Positions 22,663-39,254 of a DNA stretch of 64,000 nucleotides are shown here, piece by piece. The stretch lies in NCBI GenBank assembly GCA_000708835.1, contig DF237007.1:186001-250000 (forward strand), read 5' to 3'. The number at the start of each line of letters is the position of its first letter. Position 1 is the first letter of the stretch. The stretch comes from Klebsormidium nitens. Its lineage: Eukaryota; Plantae; Klebsormidiophyceae. A program made the translations under genes and the position numbers. The notes beneath the pieces were generated by a model. It saw only the letters and a program-made list of their open reading frames with translations. It had not been told where the DNA came from and searched no databases.

Positions 22663-24998
22663 GTCGGCTTCCAGCTTTTGATGTTTAATGCAACTTACAA
22701 AACATTTGCATTCTCAGCTTGGACAAGGAATGCGACAAGCTGGCAGGCCTCCCTAGTCCCACATCCTGAATTGCATGAAAAGACTGCATCGGAAACACCA
22801 CCACATGTGGATCAGGATGGCGCCAATTTGCTGCTTGAAGTTGAAGTTGGAAGTCAGCTAGTGCAACATAGTGACAAATGCGGATTGGAAGTCTTAGATA
22901 GATTTCGAGGAGGAGGCTTTCTCAATCGTCGATAGTCTGAGCATTGCTGGCTGGACGGTGAACATGAAGCGCGACAAGTTGTGGTGTTTCATAAGAACCG
23001 TCGATGAAGGAGAGTAGTTGGTTGGACGGCTCACTTCCGCCCCAACGTTTGCAGAATGAACCTTCAGTCAGGCTAGGCACGGTAGTGGGGAAATCGAGGA
23101 GCAAACTTCCTCCGGGAAGTTCGGGAGTCGGAGGGACTTACATCGCGAGCCGTCCGATGGTGCCACGCGGCTACCGATCGACCGAAAGTTTGACAAGCAA
23201 TTTTAGTCCGTACCGCCGATGACGTACACTGAATCTGCTTTTCGCCCACTGTAGTACCTAGTACAGTGTGTCTGGACTCTGCACTGAACTGGAGGTACCT
23301 AGTAGCCTCAGGCAGAGGCTAAGCCATTGCCGCGATTAAAGAAGCTTGAAGTTGAAGTTGCATGGGTTGATAGGTTGCGCAAAGAGATACAGCACAAGAC
23401 TTCTGGACGTTGTTTGCATTTCAAATAGAAAGCATTCACCATTGTTTTCAGGCTCTAGCTCATAGCGCTAAATCCAAATCATGTGTAGCATCGGGGGGTT
23501 TAATATTAGGAGCTCAATGCTCTATTCGAACTTTTATATCGGGAGCGAGTTCCTTTTACCATGTTTTGGTAGTATGACTCATATATTTCTCATATGGTAT
23601 CAATTCTCATTTGATAGTTTTGGGGCTAAGTTCAATCGCTTGCCATGATGCCATGAATTAATGGTAGCGTGTCTGGAGAATATTTCGAACATCGTCATAC
23701 ACGAACCTTTATATATGTATTGAATTGTACCCGATTGTATAGATTCATGCGTTTGATACATTGAAGCAAGAAGGGTAAAGAAACCTAAGAAAACCATGCT
23801 TTCTATAGAAGAAGTGCTACCCAGTTGCTGTATCTGCAGCGCTGCGCTGTATTCTTTCAAACACTTTGCTTAATATTTTGACGTCAACACCACCTCTTGT
23901 GGTGTACGATGGCTCAAAATGCATGTACTCGAAAGCACTAAGAGGACTGGGCACTCCGATTGGTCACATTTGTCGATCTTCCCCGATCTCCGGAGGCCTG
24001 GTTAGTTGGGAACTACGGTAAAACCTTGAATTTCACAAACTTGCGTGCCCAGCCTTTGTTAGGGTGCCCCTTAATAACATTTCCCCCCCTGGTAATGGTA
24101 TTTACCCCTATGCACTGAGCCCAATTAGGGACGGGTCAGGAGACCGTTAACGTTTCACCAAGGCCGATCGGACGGCCGCGGTTCCGATCCCGCGCGGTCC
24201 GGTCAATCGAAGTTGTGAATTTACGTCACCGTCGCACGTGTGCCTCCGGAAGTTTGACCTGTAGGCCGTGCCGACCTTGACCTTCAGAGCAAGTACTACC
24301 CTGTGCTCTTTTGCCTTTTGCCCCTTGTCTTTGAAGCAATGGCGCGGGCTGTGCGCTGAGAGTCAGACGGTGTGGTTGTGTAACTGACAGTTTAGGGGCT
24401 GCGCGGCTTTCTGGTAGGGCCTGCGTTCAGCTTGCATTGGTTTCCTTGTTCAGCAAAGGTCTGTGGGTCCAACGAGAGCCTGGACTGCAAACAGCGGGTT
24501 TGCCAAGCAGTATCCCTCTCTGGCGCAGCGACATTGCTCGGCCCAGTCACCTCTTTACAAGATGTGACGCCCTGCTCATCTCGTCAAACGGCTCGGCGGC
24601 GTTGGATTTCTTTGGCAGCTGTCCATTAAGAATCTGTTACGCATAGAGAGCGATGAGCTTTGCTGGGGCCAAGGACGAAGCGCGCCGCTGGTTCAACCAA
24701 AGCATGCCTGGTTTCTCATTCTCAGGTTTTGCTGGGGCCAGGAGCCTGGGGGCGACAGAATTGTGCATGGGCTCTGAGACAGCCAGCTACTTGGTAAACC
24801 AGTAAACCCTCGATAGTCTTTGCTTGAGAAACTTAATCTACCTGACAGCTCGCATGCGCTGCCCTTCAGGACAACATGTACACTTCCAAAGTCACGAGCT
24901 GAATTTGGAGCATAGTTACTAGCATCAGCTAGAAACGCCCTTTACTTACCACCCCAGAGTGAGGTTCTTGTGACTTTGCCCCCCCCCTCCCTAGGGCT

Positions 24999-26543
24999 AT
25001 GTCCCCCCTGAAGGCCTCCCCGATGCGCTCCCGCTTCGGCAGGAGCGCGAGCCTGCCCTCCACTATTCTCTTCAGTGATAGCGCCCCCCCAAAAGAAGAG
25101 CGGCTCAAGCCATCGCCCTCGGCAGACTGGGAGGAAGCCGCCCGCGACCAACTCGAGATTCAGGCCCTCGCTTCTTCTATGCTGCAAGCTGCAGCAACCG
25201 GCTGTTTCTACATAACGCCCGCTCCTGTGATTTTCAAATCCCCTCTGCCGAGCGATGGGCAAAGCCCCCCAAGCCCAGACTCTCCGCTGCCCCCATACTG
25301 GAACAGGGGGGTGAATGGGTACGCAGATAGCTCAGACCGAGGGGGGGGTGCGAGCCCGCCAGCGCAGGTTCCGAAGGATGAGCTGGTTCCGGGGGGCCAA
25401 TACGGTGTCACATGGTGGGACAGCCGAAACGCGGAGGCGCTCGTGCGGGGCCGCGTGGAAAAGTTCCTCTGTCTAGATCCTCTATTGCTGGCGAATCAGC
25501 TGAGGGAGCTTTCATCCTCAGAACCTGCATTCATCGAGGGGGGGCCGCATCATTTGACCAATCTAGTCGACGTGTTTTGGAGTATGGCATGCAATTCGGG
25601 GGGACGGGGCACCGTTTTACCCCCCCCTGACGGGGGAGGATACTGCGGCGTGTGCTTTGCTGAGATGGGAAGGAGCAGTTGCTACAACCCGTTTCACGCG
25701 AGGGGGGTCCCAGATTGGTGGCGGGAAATGCAGGAGTACTGGGACGAGTCGCTCGAGAAGGCGCGGGAAGACGGGCGCGATGTGGACTGCATGTTCTTTT
25801 GTGGGAAGATGGGGTGTCTAAACCCGGTGGCATGCACATTCAGGTGAGTCTCTCAGGCCAACTTTGAAGGGGAGACCGCCTTCCAGCAAGCAATTCAATC
25901 GATTCTTGGTTGCAACAAATTGCGCAACAAGTAATGTTGCACAAGCGTTCGGATGATTTTGTTAGACTGGATCAGGTCAGTAAACGGTTGTCTTCCTGAC
26001 AATAAGAGGTGCTTGTGAGATGGAAGGTGTTTGAGGTAGTAGACCATAGTGGTTCCTGTCATTGGCTCTTTCTGAAGAGGAGCATGGATGGGCAGTAGAT
26101 GCTGCTTTGCTCCGGTTGCCACCACTTCGACATTCCTTTTGAAACGTGAAATCACCCAGATTTGTCCTTCTTAGGCATCCTTGGACAGGTCTTGCTGCTT
26201 CTATCTGTTTCTTCATCCAGCCATCAAATCACGATGCAACTTCTTGAGGTGTAGATGCCCTTTGCAGGAACTCGATTCTTGTCAGCACATGAAACAAACC
26301 GCACACGAAACAAACATGTTGCTCATATTCGAGCCTTCTATGTAAGTTAGATATGCTTCGAAGCAAGCCATCTAAGTAGGTTTTTCCAAGATTGGATGCT
26401 AATTCGGATGGATGTCACTGGCTTTTTCCAGGCATGACGAACAAGCTCGACGCAAGATCTGCCAAGAGACGGGCAGGATACGACGGCGAGCCACCTTTGG
26501 ATCCTCATGGATGGCAGATTTAGGCTTGCCAGGAATGTTCTAG
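24999..26543 (+). CDS. Unknown ~318-aa protein with C-terminal CCCH zinc finger (copy 1)
   Basis: Exon 1 24999-25843 (AG|GTGAGT) joined to exon 2 26432-26543 (TTTTTCCAG|G) gives in-frame ...DCMFFCGKMGCLNPVACTFR-HDEQARRKICQETGRIRRRATFGSSWMADLGLPGMF*, i.e. C-x8-C-x5-C-x3-H. Both exons are conserved in the inverted copy at 47742-49421. Confidence 0.8.
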
Positions 26544-27432
26544 CAGCTTCCGTGTTTTCCGGTGCAGCTCTTAGTTGCGGACCATGAGAATCGTGAAGCT
26601 GCGGTGTCTTCTGCATACGTGCAGGGTTGAGAGGAGCTAAGATTTGGTGTAACGCCAAATGTACATAATTAGAAAGAAAAGAAGACTTGCACGAGTAGGT
26701 AGTGTGGGGAATCTGTAATTATGTTTCATCCCAGAAACGAATGATCCAATAAAAGACCATCAGCGGCGTCGACCTGTACACATGATACTCATGCCATCCT
26801 ACATGCATTGCATTCTGCATCATGGTATATTCTCTAATATTCGTCGGATCGGCCATGTCAAATGACCGTTTCGTTTGCACAATTGAACCGCGTTGCATCG
26901 AATCGCATATATATATATAAAACACTGTGTGCTTGAAAAATATCATGATACGTCATGCTGATTGCACATGAAGCGTATATCATAGCAAACCAATGTGCGG
27001 TCATGCTTGCTTGAACCTTGCGCGCAAAACAATCGCCTGTAAAGTCTCAATGTTTTCGAACACATTGGAGGGGAGTGCCGTGAGCTCAAATTTCAGACCT
27101 TGCCAGGTAGTACTTGATCTCCTTGGATAAAGATCGACTGTACAGCTTGTACCTTCTAATATGCATGGACTACCATGTAGGTATACACCATGTACATGAC
27201 GCGATACACTATAACCTGCAGACAACGAGCATAGAGCTTCAATCAAAACGACTTCCTTGTCTTGTCAATCACTGGTAAAGACGAGCCAAGAGAGCCCTAA
27301 ATTTCTATCCGTCTAGTGAAAATGCTTAATGCACAGATCCGCCAGTGAATTGCCAACCATGTTGACAAGGATGGCTAGCAAGATGAATCCTCATAAATCA
27401 AGGTGCTTCTTCAGGCTTTGAACAATGCTCAC

Positions 27433-29571
27433 CTAGACCCTGAAGCGAATCTTGAAGTGAACGCCGTCGACCTCCTCCTCCCTGTCGGTACCATACGCTT
27501 CAATGTAAATGTACCCGACAGTCTTTGCAAGAGTCCGCCCTGTCGCCCACTTGAGCAGCTTGGAGACGCCTTTCGTGTACAGAACGAGTTGAAGCTTTCC
27601 TTTCGCCAGCTCTGCAAGGAGAGGAGGCACCTTATAACCCTACTCTTGGTGTAGCTTTTACGAGCTTTAACCAAATTGAGCTCGTCCTTGTCAAGAGCAC
27701 ATTATAGACAGACCAAAACGCATTGCATTCGAATCCGAACACCCAACGTCACCCTGCAAACCAGGAGAATAAAAGGTCCAGCTCTTTGGCAGAGAGTCTA
27801 GAGAGTCTGGTTCGATCAACGAGACTCGTCTCGACAGGTGGAAGACCAAACGTATTGAAGATTGGCACGAAATATCGAAATGAAAAAAACACGGACGTTC
27901 ACTTTGGTTCCATTAGTTTGCAATGTTTAGCAAGAGTCAAGGAAGACGAACTTACGAAGCTCACTCCTTTTCGCTTCTCCTGCCTCCATCTCCCCAGACC
28001 GCCTCCTCGCTCCTCCACGCATCCGACCATGTCGATCTCGATCTGTCTCCTCCACTCGAGACGTCCGCTGCCGGCCCCTTTCTCGTTATCTCCACCACGC
28101 TCCCCTTCTTTACCGGCGAGCGTCGTCAGCTCTTTCACCCCGGGCAAACCGCTCGACACTACTGAATGAATGAGAATTGCCAACCCCGGGCCCTTCTCCC
28201 AGTCGAGCAGCGCCGCGTCTTTGCTGTTGTTCAGGTTCCGCCCTAGCGTGGTAAAGCTCTCAAGGAGGTTGGTTATCCACCGGGGACACTCTATTTGGCT
28301 CGTGTAGAGCTCGCCTATCGTTTTTCCCACTAACTCGCAGAGGTGGCCAAGTTCCATTTCTGCATTTCGAGAAGGAAGATGGTGTAAGCTCACCCAATTG
28401 CTTGTTTCACGAGAGCGGCTCGCCGCGAGATGCCCGCTTTCGAGGAATACTCTTGCTACCAGTTGGCGCGAAAGTGTCATCAGGAGCTTGACCTAACAAC
28501 TCCTTCTCGAGCCTCAAGTGCACCATACCGTTTGCCTGCACATTCTTGCCCAATTTTTAGGAGGCTTTCCATGGATCTCGTGCTTCTCACTTGGGTCACC
28601 TTGTGGTGAGGCCCCCAGCATGTTTGTCACTTGGCTCGCTAAGTGGCTGTCTCTTGTAAGACACTCACCTTTGTTTGCCAGGTGAGCCGACGGCACAACC
28701 TCTTTCGAGTAGCGCTCTTTGACCTCTTGAAGCAGGTCAATGACTGTCGCTTCAATAGCGCCCTGCATGCGACGCATACAAGGGCAGTCAGTGCTTGCGC
28801 ATCGACTTCCTTCCGCATCCTTCAGCGTACTTGCAAGGACTCGATATGCCGTTGACAGACCTTGTAAAGAATCCTACACGACACATGCGTAAATTCAGAT
28901 GCGTATACCCGCTGACACGAAAGTCTTTAGTTCAAGATGGAGGACTTGCTTCCCTGAAACCTAGAATACGCTCAACAACGAAGCTTCCAAGGTGCAAACA
29001 AGAGCATCCCATGCAAGCTATCATTTATTTTCATAGATCGGGAAAGAGCTGCTCACGAAAGATACGCAAGGAGCAATGATTCCATCAGGATTCTCTCAGA
29101 TGACGCGCAGAGATTCTCAAGTAGAAGAAAACAATTTTTCTAGCATAAATAACTAACCTCGGCCTCCATGCTCTGGATAACGCTTGTCCGGATCGGTCCG
29201 AGGAGAGCTTTCTTCTCAGCGACCTTGGGTGTCGCAATGAACTGCTCTATCAGCTCATCGAGCGTCTTGAACGTCTTCTGCCGCCCCTTTGCACTGTCAC
29301 TGCGCCAGAGCTCATCTGTGGCTCGCTCCCGCAGCCGAGACTCCGCCGTCCTCCCCGCGTGATCTTCCAAACTAATGACGATGTTCTTGACGACCCTGAA
29401 GTTGTCGTCCATGTTCTTCCCAATCTTTCGAACCTCCCCCTCCAACCCCTCTGCCCGGGCCTCCAGTCGCGCCGTCTCCTCCTTAATCGCGCTCCGGACT
29501 TTTCCTATCTCGTGAGTGAGAGCCTTCTGGATAGCCCGCACCACATCGTCCGAGTTCCCTCCCCCCCCCCC
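27433..29571 (-). pseudogene. Multi-exon coiled-coil + PD-(D/E)XK-like nuclease-fold gene; carries a 1-nt frameshift (real or sequencing error); 5' end not resolved
   Basis: Phase 0-0 exon 29571-29158 (coiled coil, EIGKVRSAIKEETARLEARAEGLEGEVRK), exon from 28873, ORF 28480-27965 with QIEIDMVG followed (frame shifted at a G4 run, ~27992-27995) by GEMEAGEAKR, then last exon 27611-27433 (KLAKGKLQLVLY...KWA...RFRV*). The middle splice model is uncertain. Confidence 0.5.
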
Positions 29572-32500
29572 CTGCAGCAAAATAATAGAACGCACAATCT
29601 CGGCAGAAGTTATGCCAAAGCTTGGGGGGGAAATCTCAGATGTTTTCCTCTCCTCTGTCCAATCTTTCAGTTAAAGCATGCACGAGACTGTCAGGGTCAT
29701 AGGCGTGAGGAAGCCAAGTGAGAGTTTTCAGACACAAACATGCAGCTTCATGCGAAGGATACAGCTCCACTGACAAAATGGAAAGAATTGGACAGGTTGC
29801 TGACAGTTTCATATGCTGAACACCCAAGACTTCAGAACCCACCTCGTTGACAGCAGCATTGACCACTTTTCTTCGTCTACCGGGCACTGCTGAAGATGCT
29901 CTCCCTGCAGCAAATGGACAATGTTGCCTGCTTCAGCAAGCCCAACCGCAGTTGAGGTGAACGTAAAACGGGATACTCGATGACAGTGACACCCTGACGA
30001 GGTAGGGACTGAAGATTACCACTCTGTCTCATGTGACACACTCCCGGGCTTCTGGAGGGTACCTGGCTGATCCACAAGCAACAAAGTATGGGAATTACAA
30101 AAGAAGGACTGCAGATATCAAAATTCCTTCCCATTGAACGCTCCCATGAAAAAACTCATCCCACAGGGGTCCAAACAGATGGGGTTTTTGGTCCATGTAA
30201 CATCACATGACTCTGACACATTGTCTACTTGTCATCAGGACATGGGATGTTCTGCAATGATTGACGGGCTTGCAGGGCATACACAGTGGTACAATTGTGG
30301 TACAACACTTCTTCACAACCAGCGGTCGTATGACGTTTCTCAACCCCTATGCGCATTCGGCTTTATGCAGAAGTTGGTTAAGAATCTATGCTGCACCAGA
30401 GCCGTTGGTTGAGTCATTTAATTGAAGCTGGAGCAGCATGCCTACTCAACCTGGATGCAGAACCCCTCCATAGAAGCAACACCACATTGTCAAATGAAAA
30501 CTAACCTCTGCTTCCGAAGCCCAGCCCTGCTGCCTGACCCCTGTCCACCTTTCCCAAATGCTCGCAGCTTGTTTGAGCTGGAAGAACCATTCTCAGCGGC
30601 AAGCTTCCCAATGCCGATGCCATGCTTACTGCAGACTAACCCAGCGCAGGAAAGACTCTGTCAGACCCACCTCCGTCCGCTCAAGTGCTAAATTCGCTGC
30701 AAGAAAAGCAGCTCAATGATCTCTGTACAGTGCTGCCAATGCCAAATCGCAAATGATGCCAATGGCGGATCATGTGTGTGTGTGACACTGAAGATCTGCA
30801 AAAGCCAATGCCAGCATTCAACTTCCAAGTTCAAAAATTTCTTGCTGTCTTGCTCTATTGAGGAACTACTAGAGGTGGAAGAGACAGGCCCGCCATATTA
30901 CCCGAGGCTGAAGAGAATTTCTGGGGGGTGTGGAAAATTGGCCTTCCGGCCAATTTTCTCCACATATAGTGTCCATATGATGTCCATTTGATGCTGCATA
31001 TTTATAGGCAAGTTTGGTCTTGAGACAGCTGAGTGTTGGAATACCGACTCTACTGGCCGCCCGGTTCCCAAATAATAACAATATTACGTATCTGAAGATC
31101 CATAAGCTGTGTGCTTATATAAGCTGTACTCTTGATTTTGGATGACGAAAGTTGCACTCAAAATTGCCTGCAACATGGTCATAGGTACCTACCGGTATCA
31201 CGAGCCCTGGTTGCCATTACTGGAAGTCGCCACTGGCCAGTCGTCCTGATCGCCGCCAGTCGTCTCTTTTGACAATCGGACGGCTCAGACTTTACACGAG
31301 TATCGTATTACCGAAACCGGCAGCCGACGTCACGGCAAACCTGCCCATGAAGCAATTGTGGCTGTCCGATACGACTTTTTTGACTCTCGACGGCTCAAAG
31401 TCAGCCTTTTTATTTCATTGAAACTTCGCCGACAACTCTCAGAGCGAACAGTTGCAGGACGATCGCAGAGACAGTCTCTTAACTAGACATGCACACTCCC
31501 GCCGCCAGCGGCCGGGCGGCGGTACGAACGGGCATGGCATTTACGATCGTGGTTCGTAACCTGCACGACTCTAGCCGCACGTGATCGTTCGATTTTGTAT
31601 TTGTCGCCTTCTACTTCGTCATCGGACGGATCACGTCTTGCATCCAATGACGTTCGATCTCAGGCCGGCTTCAATCGAAGTACGGTAATTGGCCAAGAAT
31701 CAGTACGTACTGGTCGGTCCCATGCTCAGTATGGCAAGGGGCACATAGGAAGTAGCCGAACTTTTTCCGAACCGATGAAACGTCGGCGCAAGCCAGCGCA
31801 AGCGGTAGATACCGCGGAAAAGTTCGCAGGCTCAACGCGATAGATGGTACATACTTCACGGTACGTAAACTCCCCGAGGCAACTTAGCTCCCGGGAATGC
31901 CAACAAACACTAAACCTAAGCTACATTGACGCGAGACCCTAACCCACACCCTAAGGCGTTCCGCCGCCACGGTGCCCCATCCACCCTAACCCCCCGACCT
32001 AACCCCACCAAAGCCACTCGGTTGCTCGGATTGCTGGTGGCTCTGGCGTCGACAGGCATACGATTCCGAAAAAGTTCGGCTACTTTGTCCGTTTTGCCTC
32101 GGTATGACTCTGGTATTACTCCGACTCCGAGTCCCCTAACTATAACTGCTTCGATCTGCACTAGCTAAACCGTAATACGACACTCTATGCGCGCGCACAC
32201 CTCCGCGCACATGCGGCCACGTTCCGACGCGCGGGCGCATTCACTGCATACCGTGGTAATATGCTCTTCAGTAGGATCCGATCAATCGAAGAGCTCCAAG
32301 CCGAGTGCCCCCTGCATCAACGTTCGACAACGCTAAATCTTATCCACAACTTCATCCAATTTTATGCACGAAGCTACCTATAATAGAGCCTGGGCCAGGC
32401 TGAGCTGGGCACTGGGCAGTTCAACTTCGAGCTGGAGGAGGAAGAACTTTCGAAGTCGGACGTACGAGGAAGCAACTTGAAGCGCCCCCAAAGTTCACTA

Positions 32501-32604
32501 TTCGCAAGGGACCTCAGAAGGTTAGGAGTGAAGGCCGTACTTTTCAGGGGGTGAGGTTTTTAGGCCTTGGCAAATACCATTGTGTTTGTTGGCAAGGGTG
32601 CACA

Positions 32605-37253
<4,649 letters not shown>

Positions 37254-38290
37254 AGAAACGCGTTGGGCTGAGTCAGCTCTCGTCCTACTGAAACAGTGTT
37301 TGGGATGCTTGTATAACAGTGACGTTGGACGGCAATCCACTTTCCGCATTGTCGGGCTGACCGGAGAGGCAGGAGTCTACTTGAGGTCGTTGACCCCGAG
37401 CAGATCTATACTCATTGACCATTAGTAATAGTCGCAAGGATGCCATGATGTTTCGTATAGCAACGGGCAAGGTTGGGATTCACCCGGAGATTTTCGAGTC
37501 CGGTCTAAGAGGTCCCAACTTTAAGCCATGATGATGAGCGGATCGAATATGGGCCTCGAAGAAGCACAATTGCATCTACTTGTATGGCAGCGTGCGCCCG
37601 CAGCCCTGACACATCGTTCATGAGCTAGGCGCAAACCTGGCCAAACGGCCCTGGTCCATCAAAAGCTGCACCAGCTAGGGTACATGATGAAAAGGAACAT
37701 CACGTATACACTACCATTGGTGCGGTGCATTCGTTCGTTAGTGGGCCAAGAAAACATGTGCACATGCATCATGAGGGGATCATTGATTGTGAAAAATTCC
37801 AGACTGCGATGCTATATCCTGCCTATCGTGCTTCTGCCAGTGAACCAACGAGTGTCCACTTCGAGTATTTAAATGCACTATATACTCAAGCTGGAAACAT
37901 TGTTTGAGTCACTTTGGAGCTGGGGCCCTATAGGGCCATGATGCATGCACGTTGTTTGCACACTAGCTGAATCCTATGCACCATTCTCCTTTGAATGTGA
38001 ATACCAAGAGCGCACCCGCTCTACAATACACCCACGAGCTAACACCCATATAAAAATTCGCTCGCAGCTGAAGAGGCGCTGGGATTTTGGCTAAGTCAGA
38101 ATTGGCTTTCCGATAAGTTCTCACTCAAGTTATGAGCTTCGAGTTCGGATTCCGCCCAATTTATAGTCCAGGAATCACTATATAAGTTAGATAACTTCTA
38201 ATTCCTAGATCTTTGTCGAATGCAGTCATCGATTATCTACTTTATTCAAACAAACATTATAGACTACTATGCTATCTGAGACCCTACTTA

Positions 38291-38655
38291 NNNNNNNNNN
38301 NNNNNNNNNNNNNNNNNNNNNNNNNNNNNNNNNNNNNNNNNNNNNNNNNNNNNNNNNNNNNNNNNNNNNNNNNNNNNNNNNNNNNNNNNNNNNNNNNNNN
38401 NNNNNNNNNNNNNNNNNNNNNNNNNNNNNNNNNNNNNNNNNNNNNNNNNNNNNNNNNNNNNNNNNNNNNNNNNNNNNNNNNNNNNNNNNNNNNNNNNNNN
38501 NNNNNNNNNNNNNNNNNNNNNNNNNNNNNNNNNNNNNNNNNNNNNNNNNNNNNNNNNNNNNNNNNNNNNNNNNNNNNNNNNNNNNNNNNNNNNNNNNNNN
38601 NNNNNNNNNNNNNNNNNNNNNNNNNNNNNNNNNNNNNNNNNNNNNNNNNNNNNNN
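38291..38655. other. Assembly gap (365 N)
   Basis: Run of N bases. Confidence 0.99.
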
Positions 38656-39254
38656 AGCCGATCCTGATGCTATCTGCAGCCTATATTTATCTACCTATTT
38701 CTGATGATTATTCTAGGTCTTCGTCTTCGATCTTCGGCTTTCTTCCCGTCGAAGTAGGTCGCGACACCCCGTAACGTCCCTGTTACGTCACCAGTCTGCA
38801 TCTTAATGGTCTGAAACGGCCTTCTGGAAGCTTCCAAAGCTCCATAGCCTATGAACCACCCTCTGCATATATGAATATCCCTAAAAATCCTGCGAGGATC
38901 ACGCTCCTCGTGCATGCAATCTCATAGCATGTCTTGGAATGGTTCCATGCCTGAGGGATGCCTGAGCGCCACAGCTATGAATCTTCCCCCCTTAAAACTA
39001 TTGGTCCCCAATATCTACAAACTTGCGGGCCTTTCACCCTATGCTCCACTTCTCTTCCAACTTCTCAGTTCCCTAAGAACCCCTGCCGCCCAGCATGTCC
39101 TCGTCTACCTGACTTTTCTTCAGCAAAAGCTCCACGTTATTGAGATGGTATGGATACACATGCCCCACTCTATCTTCGACTTCGACCAGCTTTCGTGCCG
39201 AGTAAGTCGTAATGGGCCGTTAGAAACTACGGTATACCCATATTTGTCCGAATT

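Larger units (their letters stand above)
9912..26543. repeat. Left arm of a large inverted segmental duplication
   Basis: Reverse complement of 63961-64000 matches ~9912-9951, 20450-20700 matches 52500-52750, 24300-24900 matches 49450-50135, and 26432-26543 matches 47853-47742. The true outer boundary lies beyond the window on the right arm. Confidence 0.95.

Noticed and set aside
28495-28530. 36-nt intron needed to join two ORFs of the nuclease-like gene
   Set aside because: Much shorter than other introns in this window, so not accepted as a firm feature. The middle of this gene model is left unresolved.
29636-31100. Several 70-95 aa ORFs upstream of the coiled-coil exon
   Set aside because: No recognisable motifs or convincing phase-compatible splice chain, so the 5' end of that gene could not be assigned.
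31930-32010. CCCTAACCC telomere-like motifs
   Set aside because: Only 3-4 scattered, imperfect occurrences, not a tandem array.
38213-38704. ORFs of 163 and 132 aa
   Set aside because: They consist almost entirely of X translated from the 365-N gap.
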